From positions 1-64,000 of the forward strand of contig NIVC01002802.1 in the NCBI GenBank assembly GCA_002269645.1: a stretch of 64,000 nucleotides of DNA, written 5' to 3'. A program made the translations under genes and the position numbers. Every line of letters starts with the position of its first letter. Position 1 is the first letter of the stretch. Source of the stretch: Macrostomum lignano (lineage: Eukaryota). Below the pieces are notes generated by a model that was given only the letters and a program-made list of their open reading frames with translations, was not told the DNA's origin and did not search any database. This document shows positions 1 through 12,804 of this stretch, in pieces.

Positions 1-287
1 TCTTGCAACGCAGAGTTCGAGGATATAAGTTGTTTGCTTTATATATGAAAAACTAAAAGCTTTTCATGGAAAACTATTCCCATACTTTTAACTTTTTGGA
101 AAAATTGTAATCAGTTTTGCGAGACGTAATAGATAAAGTTGGGCGAGGGTTCAACTTCTCACTGCTGCTGTGTATTGGAGGGTTGATTTAGATTGACTGA
201 CTGACTGTGAAATCAGTTGCGCAATGAATTGATTCAATTAGTTCAATATTTTTATCAGTGCCTTTTAACACAAACCTGTGCGTAGTT

Positions 288-321
288 CTAACCCAACCCT
301 AACCCTAACCCTAACCCTAAC
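288..321 (+). repeat. Short interstitial (TAACCC)n tract; other copies at 2969-2988, 5399-5428 and 7805-7822
   Basis: Read directly; 3-5 units at the same position in each composite element. Confidence 0.9.
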
Positions 322-689
322 AATGAATCCGGAGAGTGAGTTGTTTGACGGAAAAAATTCGATTGAGTCCAGTTTAGCGGAGACGATTCAAATGTTTTAA
401 TTTTGACGAAGGGATTTCTGTTTCGTGGAGAGGATTTCGATGGTGTTCAGTTTCGTGGAAAGGATTTCGATGATGTTCAGTTTCACAGAGAGGATTTCGA
501 TGATGTTTCAGCTTCACGGAGGAGGATTTCTGTTTCGCGGAGATAATTTATGATTGATTTCTGTTGTATGGAGACCATTTTGATGGATTTAAGTTTCAAG
601 GAGAGGATTTCGATGGTTTTCAGTTGCACGGACAGGATTTCTGCTTCGCGGAGAGGATCTTGATGGATTTGGCATCTTCAATCAGTCAG

Positions 690-1800
690 AGAAGAGAGTA
701 AAGAGAAGAATGAAAAGAGAAGAGGATGAGATGATAGAAAAACAGAGTAGAAATGAGTGGAGAGATTAGACATGACAGATGGGAGAGAAGAAGGGAGTAA
801 GGCGGGAACGAAGGAGAGAGAAGAGAAGAGGAGAGAGGAGATGAAGGGAGAGGATATAGAGAGGGGATATGAGATAGCAGAGAGGAGACAGGAGAGAGAA
901 GAAAGGAGGGATAAGAGCGTACAGAGGCAATAGAAGAGAGGAAAGAGAGGAGAGTGGTGAGAGGTGAGAGAAGAGAGATGAAAGATCAGAGATCAGAGAT
1001 TTAAGAGAAGAAAGTAGTGAGAGAGAAAGAAGAGGTAAAGATGAGAGTGCAGAGAGGAGAGAAACGAGAGGAGACAGGTGGTAGAAAGGAGTGTAAAAAC
1101 AGCAGATAAGAAAGGGAGGTGAGAGTGAGAGCATATAGGAAAGTGTAAAAGGGGAGCAGAGGAGAGAGAATAGATAAGTGAGTAGAGAAGAGATATGAGA
1201 GAGGAAAGACGAGGGGAGAGAGGAGACAGGAGAGAGTAAATTTGAAAGACCTGGGAGAAGAGATAAATAAGATAGTACAGATGAGAGGAGAGAGAGAGGA
1301 GAGATGACAGATGCAATGAGAAAGAGATGAGTGAGAAAAATAAGAGAGAGAAGAGATTAGAGATTAGAGAAGAGATGAGGGGAGATGAGAGGAGAGAAGA
1401 GAGAATGGAGAGGAGAGAAAAGAGAGGAGAGGAGACAGGTGATGCAGTAGAAAGGAGGGAAGAAAAAAGGGAGATAAGAAAGGAGAGGTTGAGAGCGTAT
1501 AAGAGATACGAGAAATGAGAGCAGAGAGAAGAGAGAAAAAGGGAAGAGAGAAAGTAGAGCGGAGACGATAGATAAGTGATTAGAGATGAGATATGAGAGA
1601 GGAGAGAAAAGGGGAGAGATAAGATAGAAGATAGGAGAGTAGACAGGAGAGGGAGAAGAGAAAGACGAAAGACGAGGGAGAAGAGATAAATAAGGGAGTA
1701 GAGATAAATAAGAGAGTAGGGGTAGAGATGAGATGAGAGAGAGGAGAGAGAAGCGAGTCACGATAATAGCGAAGAGAGGAGAGAGTAGATATGAGAGACG
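690..1800 (+). repeat. Low-complexity polypurine (AG-rich) tract; related tracts at 3225-4310, 5775-6725 and 8190-8600
   Basis: Almost only A/G on the + strand; gives spurious L/S/P-rich ORFs on the - strand. Confidence 0.9.
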
Positions 1801-4480
1801 TAAGAGTCTTTGAGCTATGGTCTTTGAAAGGTTTGTAAAGAATTTGGAGACGATTTGGAAGATGGGATTCAAGACATGGAATTTCAGTTGATGGATAATT
1901 CAGGGAATGGAATTCCGGTGATGGGAGTTCTTGGCTAACTTGGCAGTGTATTTTCTCTCCAGTGGGGGGATAGGAGCGTTCTCAGTGGCGGCGTGTGTAC
2001 ACTTGGACCCTAGCTAACTGGCGGACAGTGAAATTCAATGCATCAATTTGCGAGCCTCTCTAGCAGGCAGTGAACGTACACTCGATATTTCAATGCTTTA
2101 AATCAGAAAGTTTCAAATGCTAACTGTTGCTCGATTTTTGAACTTTGAGAGGAGAGACTTATATTGCTGGAAAGATCTTGCAACGCTGAGTTCAGGGATA
2201 TAAGTTGTTTGCTTTAACTGTAAAAATTAAAAGCACAGCATTCAAAAAACTATTTTATTACTTTTACTGTTAACTTGCTGCAAAGATTGTACTTATTTTT
2301 GCGATAGGTCAGAGATAAATTTGGGGAGTTCAATTGCTAATTGCCACTGCGTAGTGGAAGGCGGTCGGGCGCTGTGCATTGGAGGGTTGATTTAGATTGC
2401 GCAATCTTTTTGTTAACTGTAACTGAGACTGATACTGACATACTGTGAAATCAGTTGCGCCATCAATTTTGTTTTATTATCTGTGCCTTTCAATAGGCTG
2501 CCCTGTGTAATAGCCGGCCTGTGTAGTAAATGAATAAACTTGCGAGCCTCTTTGGCAGGCAGTGAACGTACACGCGATATTTCAATGCTTTAAAACGGGA
2601 ACTTTCAAATGCTAACTGCTCTTCGAGTTCTAAACTTTAAGAGAAGAGACTTATACTGCTGAAAAGATCTTGCAACGCTGAGTTCGAGGATATAAATTGT
2701 TTCAAAAAACCATTTCCATACTTTTAGCTTAATGCAAAGATTGTACTCATTTTTTTGTTCAATGCCCCCAAAAGTTTGAGGTTCAATTTCTAACTGCCAC
2801 TGCGTATTGAAAAGGGGTCGGTCTCTGTGTACTGGAGGGTTGATTTAGATTGCGCAATTTTTTTGCTAACTTTAACTGAGACTGATACTGACTGACTGTG
2901 AAATCGGTTGCGCAATCAATTGATTCAATTGGTTCATTTTTTATTTGAACACGCAGCTGTGTGTAGCTCTAACCCTAACCCTAACCCTTAACAATAACCA
3001 ATGAATCCTGATATTTATTCTTTTTGACGGAGAAAATTTCGATTGAGTCCAGTTTAAAAGAAAGAATTTCGATGGTTTTCAGTTTCACGGAGAGGATTTC
3101 TGTTTCGCGGAGAGGATTTCGATTCTCTTCAGTTTCACGGAGAGGATTTCGATGGTTTTCAGTTGCACGGACAGGATTTCTGCTTCGCGGAGAGGATCTT
3201 GATGTATTTGGCATCTTCAATCAGTCAGAGAATAGAGTAAGGAAAAGAATGAAAAGAGAAGAGAGAAGAGATGATAGAAAACAGAGTAGAAATGAGTGGA
3301 GAGATTAGACATGACAGATGGGAGACTTAGCTGCAGGGCTCTCCCGGGGCGACACAGCGGGAAGGCGCGAACGCCCATTCCGCTAAACAGATGGGAGAGA
3401 AGAGGGGAGTAAGGCCGGAACAAAGGAGGGAGAAGAGAAAAGGAGATAGGAGATGAGAGGGGAGATATGAGATAGCAGAGGGAGACAAGAGAGATGATAG
3501 GAGAGAGAATAGAGATGAGGGATAAGAGCGTACAGAGGTAATAGAAAAGAGGGGAGAGTAGAGGAGAAAGAAAGAGTGAGATGAAGGATGAGAGATGAGA
3601 GAGGAGGGGAGAGAGAAGAGAGGAGAAAAAAGGGGAGAAATGAGACAGGAGAGAAGAGAGACGAAAGACCAGGGAGAAGATATAAATAAGGTAGTATAGA
3701 TGAGAGGAGAGAGAGGAGAGAGAGAAGCGAGAGGAGAAGAGAGAGAGGAGAGAGGAAAGAGATGAAAGATCAGAGATAAGAGAGTTAAGAGAGGAAAGTA
3801 GTGAAGAGAGGAGAGAGGAGAGATGCGATGAGAAGAGATGAGTGAGAACATAAGAGAGAAGAGATTAGAGATTAGAGAAGAGAGGGGAGAAGATGAAAGA
3901 AGCAGGGAGAGGAGAAAAAAGAGAATGGAGAGGATAGAAAAGAGAGAAGAGAAGAGACAGGGGATAGGGAAAGGAGGAAAGAAAGATGGGAGACAAGAAA
4001 GTAGAGTGTGAGAGCGTATATGAGATATGAGAAATGAGAAGCAGATAGGAGAGAAAAGAGAAGAGAGAGAGGGTTAAGAGAGACGATAGATAAGTAAGGA
4101 GAGATGACATATGAGAGAGGAGAGAAGAGGGAGAGATAAGAGAGAAGAGAGGAGACAGGAGACAGAAGTGAAGAGGAGAGATATGAGAGAAGAGAGGAGA
4201 CAAGAGGAGAGGGTACAGACGAAAGACGAGGGAGAAGAGATAAATAAGGGAGTAGGGGTAGAGATGAGATGAGAGAGAGGAGAGAGAAGAGAGTCAAGAG
4301 AGGGAGAAAAGTTTTGTAAAGGTCTTTGAAAAGGTCTTTGAAAAGTTTTGTAAAGAATTTGGAGACGATTTGGAAGATAGGGTTAAAGACATGGAATTTT
4401 AGTTGATGGATATTTTAGGAAATGGAATTCCGGTGATGGGAGTTCTTCCCCTTTCTCCTCCGAAGGAGGAGTTCCACTCG

Positions 4481-6882
4481 TCCTAATACTAAAACTGACG
4501 CGATGTTTGTCTGTCTGTATGTATGTATGTAGTAAGTGAACTCCTACAATTCTGCCAAGTCAGCGTTGAAACTTATATGGGAGAACTGCAAATTTTCCGG
4601 AGCAGGCTTTAGAGTATTTTAATTTTTAATTTTCACATTTTAACATCCCTAAAAAAGCAGAAAACTGCTTTTTTAACCCCCAATAACCTTCTTTGGCCAC
4701 TCTGCCTGAGGCTGCAGCCAGTTTGTAAAAATAGCCACCCCAACCTCCGCTCGCGGGCCGCTGTGTATTGAGGGGTGGTGGGTGCGAGTGGAAATAAAAC
4801 CCCCGCGTGTTGGGGGGGTTCAGTTAAATTTAATGCTTCCCCCAGAACGGGGGGTTGGGCTTGGGCTGAGTGTACATAGCAGTTGTACAGTGTAAACAGA
4901 TAGATAGGAATCAGGACTGTGTCGAGATTCAATTGGTTTTATTATTGGCGCCTTTTTTCTCCATAGGCATCCCTGTGTATTAGCTTAGCAGTGAAATTCA
5001 ATGAATTGCGAGCTTCTCTAGCAAGTAGTCGGGAGATCGGTAAATTTCAAACGCTAACTGATCCTTAAGTTTTAAACATTGAGAGGAGAAACTTATATTG
5101 CTGGAAAGATCTTGCAATGCAGAGTTCGAGGATATAAGTTGTTTGCTTTATATACGAAATCTAAAAACTTTTCATTGGGAAAATTATTCCCATACTTTTA
5201 ACTTTTTGCAAAAATTGTAATCAGTTTTGCGAGACGTAATAGATAAAGCTGGGGGGAGGGTTCAACTACTCACTGCTGCTGTGTATTGGAGGGTTGATTT
5301 TGATTGACCGACTGACTGTGAAATAAGTTGCGCAATAAATTGATTCAATTAGTTCAATATTTTTATCAGTGCCTTTTAACACAAACCTGTGCGTAGTTCT
5401 AACCCTAACCCTAACCCTAACCCTAACCAATGAATCCGGAGAGTTGAGTTGTTTGACGGAAAAAATTCGATTGAGTCCAGTTTAGCGGAGACGATTTCAA
5501 TGTTTTAATTTTGACGAAGAGGATTTCTGTTTCGTGGAGAGGATTTCGATGGTGTTCAGTTTCGTGGAGAGGATTTCGATGGTGTTCAGTTTCGTGGAGA
5601 GGATTTCGATGGTGTTCAGTTTCGTGGAAAGGATTTCGATGATGTTCAGTTTCACGGAGAGGATTTCGATGGTGTTCAGTTTCGTGGAAAGGATTTCGAT
5701 GATGTTCAGTTTCACGGAGAGGATTTCTGCTTCGCGGAGAGGATCTTGATGGATTTGGCATCTTCAATCAGTCAGAGAAGAGAGTAAAGAGAAGAATGAA
5801 AAGAGAAGAGAGATGAGATGAGATGATAGAAAACAGAGTAGAAATGAGACGAGAGATTAGACATGACAGATGGCAGAGAAGAGGGGAGTAAGGCGGGAAC
5901 GAAGGAGAGAGAAGAGAAGAGGAGAGAGGAGACGAGAGGGGAGATATGAGATAGCAGAGGGAGACAAGAGAGATGATAGGAGAGAGAATAGAGATGAGGG
6001 ATAAGAGCGTACAGAGGTAATAGAAAAGAGGGGAGAGTAGAGGAGAAAGAAGGAGTGAGATGAGGGATGAGAGATGAGAGAGGAGGGGAGAGAGAAGAGA
6101 GGAGAAAAGAGGGGAGAAATGAGACAGGAGAGAGTAGAGACGAAAGACCAGGGAGAAAATATAAATAAGGTAGTATAGATGAGAGGCGAGAGAGAAGAGA
6201 GAGAAGCGAGAGAGAAGAGAGAGAGAGAGGAGAGAGGAAAGAGATGAAAGATCAGAGATAAGAGAGTTAAGAGAAGGAAAGTAGTGAGGAGAGGAGAGAT
6301 GAGAGAATGGAGAGGATAGAAAAGAGAGAAGAGAAGAGACAGGGGATAGTGGTAAGGAGGAAAGAAAGATGGGAGACAAGAAAGTAGAGTGTGAGAGCGT
6401 ATATGAGATATGAGAAATGAGAAGCAGATAGGAGAGAAAAGAGAAGAGAGAGAGGGTTAAGAGAGACGATAGATAAGTAAGGAGAGATGACATATGAGAG
6501 AGGAGAGAAGAGGGAGAGATAAGAGAGAAGAGAGGAGACAGGAGACAGAAGTGAAGAGGAGAGATATGAGAGAAGAGAGGAGACAAGAGACAGGAGAGGG
6601 TACAAACGAGAGACGAGGGAGAAGAGATAAATAAGGGAGTAGGGGTAGAGATGAGATGGGAGAGAGGAGAGAGAAGAGAGTCACGATAATAGCGAATAGA
6701 AGAGAGAGGAGATATGAGAGAAGTGAGAGTCTTTGAGCTATGGTCTTTCAAAGATTTTGTAAAGAATTTGGAGACGATTTGGAAGATGGGATTCAAGTGG
6801 AGTTTCAGCTGATGGATTTCAGGGAATGGAATTCCGGTGATGGGAGTTCTTCCCCTTTATCCTCCGGAGGAGGAGTTCCACT
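4481..6882 (+). mobile_element. One complete unit of the Helitron-like array
   Basis: Starts TCCTAATACTAAAACTGACGCGATGTTTGTCTGTCTG at 4481. Ends with hairpin CCTCC-GGA-GGAGG (6861-6873), just before the next TCCTAATACTAAAA at 6883. Confidence 0.5.
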
Positions 6883-6905
6883 TCCTAATACTAAAACCGA
6901 CGCGA

Positions 6906-6936
<31 letters not shown>

Positions 6937-8799
6937 ATGTTGTAAGTGAACTCCTACAATTCTGGCAAGTCAGCGTCGAAACTTATATGGGAAAACTGCA
7001 AATTTTCCGGAGCAGGCTTTAGGCTATTTTAATTTTTAATTTTCTCATTTTAACATCCCTAAAAAAGCAGAAAACTGCTTTTTTAACCCTCAATAACCTT
7101 CTTTGGCCACTCTGCCTGGGGCTGCAGCCAGTTTGTAAAAATAGCCACCCCAACCTCCGCCCGCGGGCCGCTGTGTATTGAGGGGTGGTGGGTGCGCGTG
7201 TTCTGGGTTCAATGCAAATAAAACCCCCCGCGTGTTGGGGGGTTGAGTTAAATTTAATGATTCCCCCAGAACGGGGGTTGGGCTTGGGCTGAGTGTACAT
7301 AGCAGTTGTACAGTGTAAATAGATAGACTGTGTCGAGATTCATTTGGTTTTATTATTGGCAGCCCTGTGTATTAGTTTGGCAGTGAAATTCAATGAATAA
7401 ACTTGCGAGCTTCTCTAGCAAGCAGTCGGGAAATCGGTAAATTTCAAACGCTAACTGTTCCTCGAGTTTTAAACTTTGAGAGGAGAGACTTATATTGCTG
7501 GAAAGATCTTGCAACGCTGAGTTCGGGGATATAAGTTGTATGCTTTAAATATGAAAAGAAAAAGCACAGAATTTAAAAAACTATTTCCATACTTCTAACT
7601 TTCTGCAAAAATTGTACTCAGTTTTGCGAGACGTAATAGATAAAGTTGGGCGTATTGGAAGGGGGTCTTCCGCTGCGTATTGGAGGGTTGATTTAGATCG
7701 CGCAACCGTTTGTTTAACTTTAAATAAGACTGATACTGTCTGACTGAGAAATGGTTTGCGCAATTAATTGATTCAATTAATTCAACACGCAGCTCTGTGC
7801 AGCTCTAACCCTAACCCTAACCAATGAATTCTGAGAGTTAAGTTCTTTTTGACAGAGAAAATTTCGATTGAGTCCAGTTTCACGGAGTATTCTGATGGTT
7901 TTCGGTTTCACGGAGAGGATTTCTTTTTCGTTGAGAGAATCTAGATGTATTTCTGTTTTACGGAGACGATTTTGATGGATGTCAGCTTCACTCAGAGGAT
8001 TTCCATGGAGCCCAGTTTCACGGAGAGGATTTCTGTTTCGCGGATTGGATTTCGAAAGGAGTCCAGTTTCACGGAGAGGGTTTCTGTTTCGCGGAGAGGA
8101 TTTCTGTTTCGCGGAGAGGATTTCTGTTTCGCGGAGAGGATTTCTGTTTCACGGATGGATTTTGATGGATTTGGTATCTTCAGTCAGTCAGTAAAGAGAG
8201 TAAAGAGAAGAGTGAAAAGAGAAGAGAGAAGAGATTATAGAAAAGAGAGTAGAGATGAGAGAGGACAGATTAGACATGACAGATGGGAGAGAAGAGGGGA
8301 GTAAGGCGGGAACGAAGAGGGAGAGAGAAGAAAAGAGGAGAGAGGAGATGAGAGTGAAGATATGAGATAGCAGAGGGAGACAGGAGAGATGAGAGGAGAG
8401 AGAAGAGAGGAGCTGAGAGTAGAGGAGAAAGAAATAGTGAGATGAGGGATGAGAGATGAGAGAGGAGAGAAGAGAGGAGAGAGGAGAAAACAGGGGATAA
8501 AGGAGACAGGAGAGAAAGACGAAAGACGAGGGAGAAGAGATAAATAAGGTGGTAGAGATGAGAGACGTGAGAGGAGAGAAAAGAGAAGAGAGGAGACAGA
8601 AGAATCTGAGTCTGGACAATGGCAGTCAGTTTTTGCGAACAGGGAAAACAAGATATGGTTTTATGGCTTTACAGAGGATTTGGAGATGATTTGGTAGATG
8701 GGATTCAAGTCATGGAATTTGAGCTGATGGATTTCAGGGAATGGAATTCCGGTGATGGGAGTTCTTCCCCTTTCTCCTCCAGAGGAGGAGTTGGCCTCG
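6883..8799 (+). mobile_element. Second complete unit of the Helitron-like array
   Basis: Same 5' end as the unit at 4481. Ends CTCCTCC-AGA-GGAGGAG-TTGGC-CTCG (8774-8799). Confidence 0.5.
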
Positions 8800-9480
8800 T
8801 CTACCTAAAAAAATCAAAACTCTGTGTGTGTGTGTGTCTGTGTGTGGACAATTTTGATCGCTATGGACTCCCAAACCGCTCAACCAAATGACACCAAACT
8901 TTACACCCACCCTAAACTTACTACGGAGAATGTCTTAGGCTACCTTAAAATTTCCTAAATTTGAGTCTTTCTACCTAAAAGTGCAAAAAACTGCTCAAAA
9001 TGCGCGATTTTTTCACTAAATCCTCCATAGCGCCGCTCCACTTTTACTGATTCTCTTCAAATTTGACACAGATAATCTGCAACTATTTTGGCACAATCGT
9101 GTAAAATTTCGAGTCTCAAAGTTAATCCTGAGCAGTGCTGTGCACTTTTAAAGTTAGGCTGTTTTTTTCAGCGTAGCAACCACCCCAACCTCCGCCCGCC
9201 TGCCTCTCTTTCCGATACCGATCTGGGCCCAGATGTGTAAAAGGGTTTCAAAATTGACTAATTTTCAGCTGCCATAAGTTTGCTCCACGTAAATTGATTG
9301 ACTTCAAACTTGACACAATTCTTTATTGACTCATTCTCTATCTAAATGTCAAGTTTCAACTCTGTAACTCAACCGAAAAAGAAACTATAAGCATGTGAAG
9401 TTTGTCTGCTTTTTCTGTTGTTTGTGCCACTCACTCACTCATTCCCCCAGAGCCAGACGAAGGATCAGGCGATAGGACTG
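8800..9480 (+). mobile_element. Different non-autonomous Helitron-like element (5' TC, (TG)n, AAACCGCTCAACCAAATGACACCAAACTTT)
   Basis: The 5' layout (TC start, microsatellite, then an ACTCCCAAACCGCT...AAACTTT block) resembles invertebrate non-autonomous Helitrons. The 3' end is not clearly defined. Confidence 0.4.
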
Positions 9481-9612
9481 AATGTACATAGAAAATGTAC
9501 AGTGTTTTGGAATAGCTTTGTTTATGGCCTTCTCTGCACCCCCCGTTGAGAGGCTACGTTTAGCCATCCATAACATTTTAGTGAGAAATTCTAACCACTG
9601 TCCTCTGTATAG

Positions 9613-9652
9613 GCAAACTCTGCAGCAGTTTAACAGTGGATGGCAAATCAGG
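9613..9652 (+). CDS. Candidate 40-nt upstream exon of the beta-propeller gene (KLCSSLTVDGKSG)
   Basis: Acceptor CTGTCCTCTGTATAG and donor GTAATC. It ends in phase 2, matching the phase-2 exon at 12805, and is stop-free. Could be chance. Confidence 0.3.
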
Positions 9653-10009
9653 GTAATCCAGCATGGTTTGTAAAAGCGAAAGATTTATGAAAAGGCGATG
9701 CAATGCAATACAACTCTACTAAATGAGTCACATCATGGAAATTTAAGGTTTCTCTTAAAGGTACTTTAAAATTTAAATGGCCTCCTAAGAAATGCGTATT
9801 TCCTTGGTTGTTAGACTGATGCAGACTGTAGTGGAGCTGAAGATACACAAATTATTTTCAGGGCTTGCAAATTGGCAAGAAAAATGACATTATCAAAGCA
9901 TGAGAACAGCCATGAGAGTACTACGTCCCACAAACTGGCTTTCCAAGCAGGGATGGGCAGACTTTTACCTCAAAGGCCAGAAAAGAATCCTGCTTTTGGC
10001 TGAGGGGCA

Positions 10010-11383
10010 GTTGAGAGTGGAGAGAAGAAGGAATAGACGATTCGAAAAGAGAGGAGAGGTGAGAGAGAGAATAAGAGAAAAAATAAAAGATAATAGGAGA
10101 GATGAGGGAGCGAGGACAATGAGAGGAGAGAATAGAGAGGAGCGAGTAGAGAGGAGAGAGTAGAGGAGCGAGTAGAGAGAGAGTAGAGGAGTGAGTAGAG
10201 GAGCGAGTAGAGAGGAGAGAGCAGAGAGCTGCAGATGAGAGGAGAGCAGAGAGAAGAGCAGAGAGGAGTTAGTAAAGAGGAAAAAGGAGAGATGAGAAAT
10301 GAGAGATGAGAGATAAAGGAGGAGAGTGCGAAGAGAGAAGAGACGAGACAAGAGAGGGAGAGAGTATATAGAAGAGGGAAGAGAAGAGGAGAAAGGAGAA
10401 AGGAAGGTGAGGAGACAAAAGAGGTGAAAGAAAAGAGTACAGAGAGGACAGAATGAGAGAACATATAAGACAGTAAAGATGACAGATGAAAGAGAGGGAT
10501 GAGCTGAGAGCAGAGACGAAAATGAACAGACGAGAGATGGGAGAGTAGAGATTACAGAGACGAGAGGAGAGACAAAGGGAGAGAGAAGTGAGTGAGGCGA
10601 GAGGAGAGAAAAGAGGAGAATGGAGGGGAGAGAGTAGAGAGGAGAAGAAAGATGGGAGAGGAGAGATAAGATAGAGGGGGAAGCAGAGAGAGGGGGAAGC
10701 AGAGAGAGAGGGGGGAAGCAGAGAGAGAGGGGGGAAGCAGAGAGAGAGGGGGAAGCAGAGAGAGGGGGGAAGCAGAGAGAGAGAGGGGGGGAAGCAGAGA
10801 GAGGGGGGAAGCAGAGAGAGAGGGGGAAGCAGAGAGAGGGGGAAGCAGAGAGAGGGGAAGCAGAGAGAGGGGGGAAGCAGAGAGAGAGAGGGAGAAGCAG
10901 AGAGAGGGGGAAGCAGAGAGAGAGGGGGAAGCAGAGAGAGGGGGGAAGCAGAGAGAGAGGGGGAAGCAGAGAGAGAGGGGGGAAGCAGAGAGAGAGGGGG
11001 GAAGCAGAGAGAGAGGGGGAAGCAGAGAGAGAGGGGGGAAGCAGAGAGAGAGGGGGGAAGCAGAGAGAGAGGGGGGAAGCAGAGAGAGAGGGGGGAAGCA
11101 GAGAGAGATGGGGGGAAGCAGAGAGAGAGAGAGGGGGGAAGCAGAGAGAGAGGGGGAAGCAGAGAGAAATGAAAATAGATAAAAGAGAAGAGAGAGAAGA
11201 GAAAGGAGAGATCAGAGAGCAAATAAAGACAAGAGAAGAAAGGTGAAGGAAAATATAAGAGAAGAGTGCGAGGAGAGGAAAGAGGAAAGAGATGAGATAA
11301 GAGAGATGAAAAAGAAGAGAAATGAGGGAAGAGACGAGAGAAGAGGGGAGAGAGAGGTAGAGAGGAGTGAGAAGAGAGGAGAT

Positions 11384-11453
<70 letters not shown>

Positions 11454-12550
11454 GAGAAAGAAGAGAAGAGAAAGGAGAGATGATAGAGTAAAGGGAAGAA
11501 GAGGAGAGAGAAAATAGATGAGAGAGATGAAAGGAAAGATGAGAGAGTAGAGATGAGAGATGAAGGAAGAGAGAGCAGAGTGCAGACACAAGAGAAGAGA
11601 ATAGAGGGGAGAGAGTATAGAAGAGGGAAGAGAAGAGGAGTAAGAAGAGAGGATTCAGTAGAGGGGAAAGAGAAGAGTACACAGGAGAGTGGAGAGTAAA
11701 GATGACAGAAGAGAGAAGGGGTAGAGAGCAAAGATGAGAGTGAACGCGATATATGAGAGGAGAGAGGAGAGTGAAGAGAGAAGAGAGAAGACAAGAGAGG
11801 GAGAGAATAGAAGAGGGAAGGGAAGAGAAGGGAAAAAGGAGAAAGGAAAGAGAGGAGTCAAAAGATGGGAAAGAGAAGAGTACAGATGAGAGAGGTGAGA
11901 AAACATACGAGTATAAGAGAGTCAAGATGGCAGATGAGAGAGGGGAGATGAGAGACCAGAGACGAGAGTGAACTGACGAGAGATGGGAGAGTGGAGAGAA
12001 AAAAGGATAGAAATAAGAGATGAGAGGTGAGACAAAGGGAGAGAGAAGTGAGTGAGGAGAGAGGAGGGGAGGGGAGAGAACCGAGAGGACAGAGGAAAGA
12101 GAGAAAGGACGAGAGAGGAGAGGAAACAGGGGAGAGATTAGAGGAGAAAGAGAGATGGGACAGGAGAGAGATGAGAGAGAGAGGGAGAGAGAGAGAGAGA
12201 GGAGAGAGAGAGGGAAAGAGAGAGAAGAGAACATGCAGAAAGAATGAGAAGAGAGAAGAGAGAAAAGATAAAAGAAGAGATAGATAAGAGAGCAAAGACG
12301 AGAGAGAAGAGAGGTGAGGGAAGAGACGATAGAAGAGAGGAGAGAGGAGAGAGGAAAGAAGAGAGGAGAGAGAGGAGAGAGTAGAGAGTAGAGAGGAGGG
12401 AGGAGAGGAGGGATAAAAGAATAGAAGGGAGAGGGAATAGACAAGAGAATAGGGGATAGAGGAGAGAGAGAAGAGACAGAGACGAGAGAGAGGAGAGGAA
12501 ACAGAAGAGAAGATCGAAGTTACTAAGGATCCAAGGGACATAAGGAGAGG
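10010..12550 (+). repeat. 2.5-kb polypurine tract containing a GGGGGAAGCAGAGAGAGA minisatellite (10670-11165) and (GA)n (~11388-11450)
   Basis: Read directly. Confidence 0.92.
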
Positions 12551-12804
12551 AAGAGGCCAGAGTTTGCCTGTTCACAGTACCCCAGCCAACAATATAAATG
12601 TTGGCCTCAAATCCTAATTTTTCACGAATGTACTTTATTTTATGTTTAATTCTAACCTAACTATTAACAAGTTTTTGTTTGAGTTTGACCTCAGATTTTA
12701 GAATACGAGTACATGCAAAAATAGTTCCAGGGATTGAAATTCCCCGGGTTCAAAATCCGCGGGTTTCAACAGCTTGTACCTTTATAAAACATCTCGAATC
12801 TCAG

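Larger units (their letters stand above)
1..9480 (+). mobile_element. Head-to-tail array of about 2-2.5 kb non-autonomous Helitron-like composite elements
   Basis: The block GGAAAGATCTTGCAACGC(A/T)GAGTTC recurs at 1 (partial), ~2170, ~2663, ~5103 and ~7501. Four units continue with (TAACCC)n, a GGAGAGGATTTC minisatellite, a polypurine tract and GGAATGGAATTCCGGTGATGGGAGTTC (~1903, 4422, 6826, 8737). Three units end in a CCTCC-NNN-GGAGG hairpin fused to a TC...TA(A/C)...AAAA start followed by a short microsatellite. The Helitron assignment is inference; no Rep/helicase ORF is present. Confidence 0.55.

Noticed and set aside
288-321. True telomere or chromosome-fusion scar
   Set aside because: Only 3-5 units, all in one orientation and embedded in a repeated element.
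1946-2010. Strong + strand acceptor GTATTTTCTCTCCAG at ~1960
   Set aside because: No convincing donor before in-frame stops; cannot be linked to the downstream gene.
9857-10010. Possible exon after ATTATTTTCAG
   Set aside because: All frames hit stops or run into the purine tract without a good donor.
766-12575. Many long L/S/P-rich (- strand) and E/R/K-rich (+ strand) ORFs
   Set aside because: They are translations of polypurine/polypyrimidine tracts that lack stops by composition; no domain signal.
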